From: an uncultured bacterium
GTDB lineage: Bacteria; Desulfobacterota_D; UBA1144; Nemesobacterales; UBA2774
Assembly (NCBI GenBank): GCA_963825135.1
Contig: CAWGRW010000009.1
Span: 832,001-896,000 of the forward strand
DNA length: 64,000 nucleotides
Direction: 5' to 3'
The position numbers were made by a program, and so were the translations under genes. Numbering within the stretch: the stretch's first letter is position 1; each line of letters begins with the position of its first letter. The notes under the pieces are model-generated. The model was not told the origin of the DNA and did no database searches. It saw only the letters and a list, made by a program, of their open reading frames with translations. Positions 57,910 to 64,000 of this stretch are shown here, in pieces.

Positions 57910-59011
57910 TTATTTTTTCTCTCTCCTCTCCAGCATTATCTGCTTCACGGCATTCGAGATCACGCCGGGGAGGTTTCTGTTCCACCTCAGATTCCTGAGG
58001 TCGAACTCCCTAAGCTGCCGGATTAAATTGATAGACATGTGCGGGGGCGTCTTCGGGTTATTTACGAGAGCGAGCTTGACCTGATAGAGCCTTGCCCATT
58101 TCCTGCTTTCGGCGACCTCTCTGAGTATTTCTTCGTTGACTATCTTGGATTGAGAAATAAGCACCACTTCGCTGTCCGTAAGCCTCGGATTCTTGAGGAC
58201 TGCTTTTGATACAATCCTGTTCGGGTCCTTCACCAAAATAGTCCTGGCCTCCCTGTTGCCCAGGATAGCCAGCTTTATTTTCTGTCCGATATTCAGCATG
58301 CTTATCTTGATCATAACGTTCTGACTGTGCAGCTCAGGGCGCATGCTCTTCCTCTTCCTCCGTATCCTCCAGAAGCTCGGTATCGAGCTCGATATCGTCA
58401 AGAAACGACCCTTCCAATCGATCGAGCAGCTCGATGTCTATGACCTGGGCGGTTTCTCCCTTGTCGGGAGACGTTTCCTCTTCGCTCACAAGCAGCTCGG
58501 GAATGCCGGACTTTTTACCGAGATACAGTTTTAAAAATTCGATCACGCCGTCGAGGGTCGACCGGGAGACGGCGGGGTTCCCGCTAAGGGACTCCACTAT
58601 AGCATCCGAACGCGCGACCCTTTCGTGGTTATGCGAGATGAGTTCTATCAAGCGCTGTGAGTGAGTTTTTTCAGCGAGATAAGCGATGCTCTCGTCAGAT
58701 GCGGAGGTATTAATTACAATTTGCAGAAGCAGGGCCTCATCCTCCAGAACGCGCGCGAAATAATCGAGGAGCCCGGGGTGTGTACCGGTGTCCGACAGCA
58801 CATTTGAAATAACGTCGGCGGGCATTGCCTTGAGGGTCTTGCGTGCTTCTCCGACCACGTCGGCGTCTTCATCAAGGGTGAGGAAATAGAGAATAAGCGT
58901 GATGTCTTTGGGGGTCGCCGGCACTAATCCCCGGGCCGCCATTAAGCGGAGCTCTTTCGGACGGGATTTGTCCGTGAACTGTCTCAGCGAATCGGGTAAG
59001 TTTTCAGTCAT
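57910..59011 (-). pseudogene. Conserved helical-repeat hypothetical gene split by a +1 frameshift (58334..59011 + 57910..58401)
   Basis: Removing one C at ~58338 fuses EEEHA to PELHSQN; RLMAARG and KIKLA..GN.EAR.IL..D.N motifs. Confidence 0.65.
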
Positions 59012-59210
59012 AGCCGAGACCTTTGATCGGGAGTATCATTACAAGCCATGGTTAAATATACCGTAAATTTACCTGCCGGGATGCTTACCCGGGGCCCGTA
59101 TGCGAGAAAGGGGTAATGAAGACGGGATCAGTTGTATCTTGACTTTACTATACAATCAGCAAAATGTCTTTAGCTATATCGAGTACACGCGATACGGAGG
59201 ATAAACCGCC

Positions 59211-60587
59211 ATGGCAGGGGATGAAAAAACGATAAGGCAGTACGAAGGCAGGTGGGCGACCAAGCCCGAGCAGGTAAAAGAAGGGATCATCTTCAGCTGC
59301 TATTCGCCCGGAGCTGGAGAGATATTTATATCCGGGGATTTTAACGGGTGGAAGGGCAGAACGCTCAGGCTCGTTAAAGGGGGTGACAACGTCTGGCGCA
59401 CAATACTCAGGCTCGCGCCCGGGAGGTCGTATGACTATAAGTTCGTGGTGGACGGAAACTGGATTACGGACCCTAACAACCCGGACCTGAACCCGGACAT
59501 AGCGGGCGGCGCCAACTCGATCGTATACATAGGGGAGAATGGCAACCTGCTCGATAGAAATGACCCCGAAAGGCATAAGTTCTCCCTCGAAGGGAGGGGC
59601 ATTCAGCACAGCGTCTTCTCTTCCGAGAGGTATCACAGGAACTTCGACCTCTATTACGTGCTCCCTCCCGGCTATAACGGCGAGCCCCTACCCGCGGTCA
59701 TATGTCTGAATAATTACATAAAATCTCAGAAGATCGATACATTCTGCCGGAATAATGGTTATATCGGCATACTGCCCTCCCCCGATATCGGCGGGGATTA
59801 CATAAGAAAAGGCAAACTGAATATTTTCTCCGAGCTGATTGACGAGGTCAAAGGAAAATTCAGGATCGATGAGGACAGGCTGTACGTAACGGGCATGTCC
59901 AACGGAGGGCTCGAAGCCCTGCTCGTGTCCCTCTATTTCCCCGACCTGATAGCCGCGTCCGCTGTCGTCTTCGGTCCCTACAAACTTAGATACTACAAAG
60001 ACAGGATCGGCGGTATGAACGCGGACGAGGTTAAGAAGTTTTTAGCCACCCTCGACTTCCCTCAGAGGATGCTGCCCAATCTGATCAACACACCCATGTA
60101 TATTTCCCACGGCGGGGACGACGAAGCCGTTCCGGCCGATGACGCGGTCGTGCTCCACGAGATAGTCGAGAAGCTCGGCACCCCCGTAAAGTTTAATTTT
60201 TATCCGAAAGAAGGGCATACGTGGCTCATGGTCGACGATGACCTTCCGAATGTGTTTGACTGGTTCGGAAAGTTCAGGAGAAATAGATACCCCGAGAGAA
60301 TTTACTACACGGCGCCATTCGGTATTTTCAAGAATAAAGTGTACTGGGCCGAGTTCATGCCGTTCGAAGTGACCCGGCCGGTTAGAATCAAGGTTGGCAT
60401 CACGGATAAAAAGGGCATACGTGTTGACGCGGATAATATAAGAAAAATCACATTAAGCCCGTCCCGGGAGCTTATACAAATATCCGACAAGACAAAGATC
60501 GACACAGGCGGAAAGAAAGCCCAATGTAGATTTGAATACGGAGAAGAACGAGGCCGTGATAACCTTTTAAGGAAGCGTTCCTTATAA
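59211..60587 (+). CDS. CBM48/AMPK-type glycogen-binding domain fused to alpha/beta-hydrolase
   Basis: ISGDFNGW, YDYKFVVDGNWITDPNN; RLYVTGMSNGG, HGGDDEAVP, EGH. Confidence 0.8.
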   Translation: MAGDEKTIRQYEGRWATKPEQVKEGIIFSCYSPGAGEIFISGDFNGWKGRTLRLVKGGDNVWRTILRLAPGRSYDYKFVVDGNWITDPNNPDLNPDIAGGANSIVYIGENGNLLDRNDPERHKFSLEGRGIQHSVFSSERYHRNFDLYYVLPPGYNGEPLPAVICLNNYIKSQKIDTFCRNNGYIGILPSPDIGGDYIRKGKLNIFSELIDEVKGKFRIDEDRLYVTGMSNGGLEALLVSLYFPDLIAASAVVFGPYKLRYYKDRIGGMNADEVKKFLATLDFPQRMLPNLINTPMYISHGGDDEAVPADDAVVLHEIVEKLGTPVKFNFYPKEGHTWLMVDDDLPNVFDWFGKFRRNRYPERIYYTAPFGIFKNKVYWAEFMPFEVTRPVRIKVGITDKKGIRVDADNIRKITLSPSRELIQISDKTKIDTGGKKAQCRFEYGEERGRDNLLRKRSL

Positions 60588-60589
60588 CT

Positions 60590-61501
60590 ATGAATAATTC
60601 GGAATTGGTGGAGCAGGAGCTTCTTTCAATCCCTTTCGGGAACAGCAAGATCGACGCCCTCTTTTATAAAAGCCTGAAAAGGTCCGGGGATTCGACGAAA
60701 GAACCCGTCATCATACATATTCACGGTTTCCTCGGAAATTTTCTCGATGGAAGCCAGCGATACCTGCCCCCCATACTTGCCGAGGCGGGATATTCGTCGT
60801 TATCCATGAATACCAGAATGGCCACATTCGGCCTCTTTTTCGGCTATGGAATCATCGATGACACAATCCCGCAGATAGACACGGCGATCGTGTATCTGAA
60901 AAATATGGGCTATTCAAAAATAATATTGTCGGGCTACAGTCTCGGAAGCAGCATCGTGCTCAGATACGCATCGCTTCGAAACGACCCGTCTCAATTCCCG
61001 ACCCTGAAAGGCATCATAGCCCTTTCCACTCCCTACTCGACCGCCGATACGATAAGAAACAGGTGGAACAGATGGGGCAGCAACCCCTCTTATGACGAGA
61101 TTTACAGGAGAGTGAAAGAAACGCTCAAGCCCGACCCTTACAACTCGACCGAAGACAGGACAGTAATTATTTACAAGGCAAGAGGAAATACGATGAACCC
61201 CGAACATACGGAGCTTTACACATACAAGACCTGGTGGTACCTGGCAGGACCGGAGGCGGAGTCCTCGAAGTGTTACAAACAGATCGCCCGAATAAAAATC
61301 CCCATACTGCTAATTCAGGGGAGGCAGGACGAGGAACTTGGTCCGACGGAAGCGAGCGACCTCGCGCAAATTGTGAAAAACTCGGGGAATGTAGACGTAA
61401 ACGCGTTTTACCTGAACGCGGGTCACGACTTCGTGGGAAAAGAGGGCGAATTGGGAGAAGCAATAAAAAGGTGGCTGGACAGAAGATTCGGATACAAATA
61501 G
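60590..61501 (+). CDS. Alpha/beta-fold hydrolase
   Basis: IHG, GYSLG, QGRQDE, AGHDF. Confidence 0.85.
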   Translation: MNNSELVEQELLSIPFGNSKIDALFYKSLKRSGDSTKEPVIIHIHGFLGNFLDGSQRYLPPILAEAGYSSLSMNTRMATFGLFFGYGIIDDTIPQIDTAIVYLKNMGYSKIILSGYSLGSSIVLRYASLRNDPSQFPTLKGIIALSTPYSTADTIRNRWNRWGSNPSYDEIYRRVKETLKPDPYNSTEDRTVIIYKARGNTMNPEHTELYTYKTWWYLAGPEAESSKCYKQIARIKIPILLIQGRQDEELGPTEASDLAQIVKNSGNVDVNAFYLNAGHDFVGKEGELGEAIKRWLDRRFGYK

Positions 61502-61514
61502 CTCGCCCGCCAAA

Positions 61515-62417
61515 ATGATACAGAGACAGCGAAAGCTAATAAACATCAATGCAAAAGACGGTTTCCTCATCCACTCGCTCCTGGTCACGTGTGATTACGA
61601 GAAGCCGGGAGACCTTTATGAGACCCCGATAGTGATAATGGTGCACGGCGTCCTGGGCCATTTCCTGGCGCGCGGCACCCCGCGGCAGCTGCCCCTGCTT
61701 CTGGCCGAGCGCGGCATTAATTCTTTCTCGATAAACACAAGAATGGCCCATCTGGGGCAGATACTCGGCAGGGCGATATTCGATACGACCGAGTACGACA
61801 TAGAAGCCGCAGTGGAGTTTCTTAAGAAAGAGGGATTCACAAAGATATTCATACTCGGGTTCAGCCTCGGGGCGAACCTGACGGCATACTACGCTTCAAA
61901 TAATCCCGGAGGCGGGGTCAGGGGGTTGGTGCTGGAGGGCTGCGCCTATTCACTCCCGGATTCACAGAAAAAGCGGTGGGAAAAGTGGAAGAGCGTCCCT
62001 TCGTATGACGAGGTATACGAAAAGGCGAGGGACGTCCTCGGGCCCGAGCCGCTAGTGAGCAACAGGGACGAGATATTCCTCGTAAATAGAGCCTGGGGCA
62101 ATACGTATAGCCCGTTTCACAACGAAATCTTTACGTATAAGACCTGGTGGTTCATGAGGAGTCCCGAAGCGCATAACGCCAAGACCTGCACGGTTATTCC
62201 GCGAGTAAAAACCCCGATTCTTTTTCTTCAGGGAATGAATGACGACATACTGGAAGAATGGGAGAGCCGGGAACTGGCGCGCCTCGCGATGGAATGGGGC
62301 AATCGCAGCGTCGAGGTCAAATACATCGAGGACGCAAAGCACGACTGCATGGAAAACCCGGAGTCCGCTTCTGACTCCATTGCGTCGTGGATCAAAAGTG
62401 CCACTGACATGAATTAA
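61515..62417 (+). CDS. Alpha/beta-fold hydrolase (paralogue of upstream gene)
   Basis: VHG, GFSLG, QGMNDD, AKHDC; shares PSYDE.Y and TYKTWW. Confidence 0.85.
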   Translation: MIQRQRKLININAKDGFLIHSLLVTCDYEKPGDLYETPIVIMVHGVLGHFLARGTPRQLPLLLAERGINSFSINTRMAHLGQILGRAIFDTTEYDIEAAVEFLKKEGFTKIFILGFSLGANLTAYYASNNPGGGVRGLVLEGCAYSLPDSQKKRWEKWKSVPSYDEVYEKARDVLGPEPLVSNRDEIFLVNRAWGNTYSPFHNEIFTYKTWWFMRSPEAHNAKTCTVIPRVKTPILFLQGMNDDILEEWESRELARLAMEWGNRSVEVKYIEDAKHDCMENPESASDSIASWIKSATDMN

Positions 62418-62661
62418 CCCGGGGCACCATGCCCCATCACTTTAACGGAGGCCCCCCGGTGTAAACTCATTTTTTTACATAATAGCCGAGGTCGGCCCTG
62501 CTTCATGACCCGCAGGCAGACTATTACCAAAAACGCATGCCCGATTTTAGTTCCATGATTTGGCTTAATTTATGACGAAAATTGTTATAATTTTGAAATA
62601 AATTCAACGTATATGCAGAAAATAGCAAGTAATGGCCGCCGATTGCGCAGTAGGCTCGTTC

Positions 62662-62677
62662 TGGCATGGATTTTGCT
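62662..62677 (+). promoter_or_regulatory. Sigma54 -24/-12 promoter
   Basis: TGGCATGGATTTTGCT. Confidence 0.7.
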
Positions 62678-62785
62678 CCTACTAAAATTATACAGATATA
62701 AATAAAAGCCTAGACGCCCAGGGGCGGTGACAGCGATAGATACAATGCTGCGCCGGCGGGCGGAGACTCCCGGGTTTGAGATAAA

Positions 62786-63214
62786 ATGATGAACAAGAGA
62801 CAGTTGATAAATATAGCGGACCCCGAATACGGGAGCGCAAATAGTGTAGCGCTAAAGTGGAGTGAAATTCTGGAAAGCGCTTTTGAATACTATAAGGCCG
62901 ACTATATACCCGCGTGGGCGCTCAATCAAACGCATCTGAACAATTCGGGAGATAAACTCTTCATATCGAAAAAGAGCAGGGAGTGGGTTAGCTGGGAGAA
63001 GATAGACTCATCCGAAAGACCCGACATAGCAACGCTGTTCGATCTCCTGCCGGACCTGCCCGATGACGATCAATACCGGGGGCTCATAAAAGAACTCGCC
63101 AGCGAAGGAATAAGAGACCCGGAAGACCACTTCTGGGAGAATATCTTTTCATACAAATCGGCCAAGGACCTGTTTATCAGAGGCAGGAGATACAGGATAG
63201 AATGGGAAGCGTAG
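62786..63214 (+). CDS. Hypothetical protein
   Basis: 142-aa ORF downstream of a sigma54 site. Confidence 0.7.
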   Translation: MMNKRQLINIADPEYGSANSVALKWSEILESAFEYYKADYIPAWALNQTHLNNSGDKLFISKKSREWVSWEKIDSSERPDIATLFDLLPDLPDDDQYRGLIKELASEGIRDPEDHFWENIFSYKSAKDLFIRGRRYRIEWEA

Positions 63215-63289
63215 ATGAGCCTTTTCCCGGCCGCTGATGTTTAATACTACTGAGCCGGTCCCGAAGCATGACAGATAAAAAAGCAATCT

Positions 63290-64000
63290 TTATTCCGTAA
63301 CCACTCTCACCATAACCCGTTTCATATTCAGAACCTCTTTCGCGCTTCCCTGATTCACCGCTATCTCAAGAAGTCCCGTGCTTCCGAGTATCGCGATTAG
63401 CCCGCCCTTCCCCGCTTCCCCGTACGATCCCGAGATCCGGTCTATCCTGTGCCGACCGACATATACCTTAGACTCGGGGCCGAGCATCGCACCCGGAATG
63501 TTCGTAACGAGGTTCCCGAAGGAATCCCCGTACAGGACCTCGCCCGTGATTTCATTATCGCTTACCGAGGGCTCGGGAATATCCACCGACACGGGCGACA
63601 GCACATCGATACCCAGCTCGGATATGCCGAGGCCGGATGAAAGGTGCGCCGCCGCGGGCGCGAATATATCTCTGCCGTGAAATGTCCCGCTCACACGCCC
63701 GGGCATGTATGCGGTATTCGTGATCTCGACAATGCGCCGATTATCAACCGAATCGAACACCGGGGAGAATACTCCGTTATCGGGACCGACAAAAAAATAC
63801 CCGCCCGCTTGTGCGGCTATCGGCCGTCTCGGCCCGCCGACGCCCGGGTCGACGACGACTACGTGGACAGTCCCCGGCGGAAAGTATGAATAATAGCTTT
63901 TGAGCTTGAAGGCGGCTTCTAATATATTGTACTTTTCGACTTCGTGAGTAATGTCCACGATTCGCGCGTCCGGGTTAATCCCGAGGATGACCCCCTTCAT
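63290..64000 (-). CDS. SAM hydrolase/halogenase family (DUF62), 5'-truncated by window edge
   Basis: VDITH, VVVVDPGVG..RR, GPDNG, TFHGRDIFAPAAA, DSFGNL.TN. Confidence 0.93.
   Translation of the reverse strand: MKGVILGINPDARIVDITHEVEKYNILEAAFKLKSYYSYFPPGTVHVVVVDPGVGGPRRPIAAQAGGYFFVGPDNGVFSPVFDSVDNRRIVEITNTAYMPGRVSGTFHGRDIFAPAAAHLSSGLGISELGIDVLSPVSVDIPEPSVSDNEITGEVLYGDSFGNLVTNIPGAMLGPESKVYVGRHRIDRISGSYGEAGKGGLIAILGSTGLLEIAVNQGSAKEVLNMKRVMVRVVTE

Noticed and set aside
60515..60587. Possible fourth frameshift (alternative ending ANVDLNTEKNEAVITF)
   Set aside because: The annotated frame ends cleanly 2 nt before the next gene; cannot be decided without homologues
1..64000. CRISPR arrays, IS elements, prophage, defence systems, rRNA
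   Set aside because: No regularly spaced repeats, transposase/integrase, phage or known defence ORFs seen

Overview
64 kb of bacterial chromosome, moderately GC-rich and gene-dense. The gene content (PilV/W/X/Y1 cluster, sigma54 promoters, ftsK-lolA, tmk-holB-metG) looks deltaproteobacterial; a Desulfobacterota/Dadabacteria-like origin is inference only. Most of it is housekeeping: metG, holB, tmk, rluB, nuoABCD plus a separate nuoN, ftsK, lolA, purSQ, parAB, coaBC, HU, rlmD, queA, argG, pgeF, rluD and one tRNA-Met(CAT). Non-routine parts: (1) a sigma54-preceded minor-pilin cluster with a very large Cys-rich vWA PilY1; (2) a tusA-cysM-mec-moeB sulfur-relay operon with no CysO; (3) an accessory stretch after the tRNA (atypical pyruvate kinase, HTTM protein, QueG/RdhA-like-SCP2 fusion next to a MarR with a visible operator); (4) a ~6.7 kb cluster of glycolipid/ornithine-lipid genes plus a degenerate PhoU, whose intergenic regions carry 11-bp-periodic TT(A/C)A(C/T) repeats, read as a phosphate-starvation membrane-remodelling regulon; (5) two candidate sRNAs with CU-rich (anti-SD-like) segments; (6) a CBM48-esterase plus twin alpha/beta-hydrolase operon. 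Three genes are split by single-base indels, which may be assembly errors. I saw no CRISPR array, integrase, transposase or rRNA. All functional calls come from motif recognition by eye; no searches were run.
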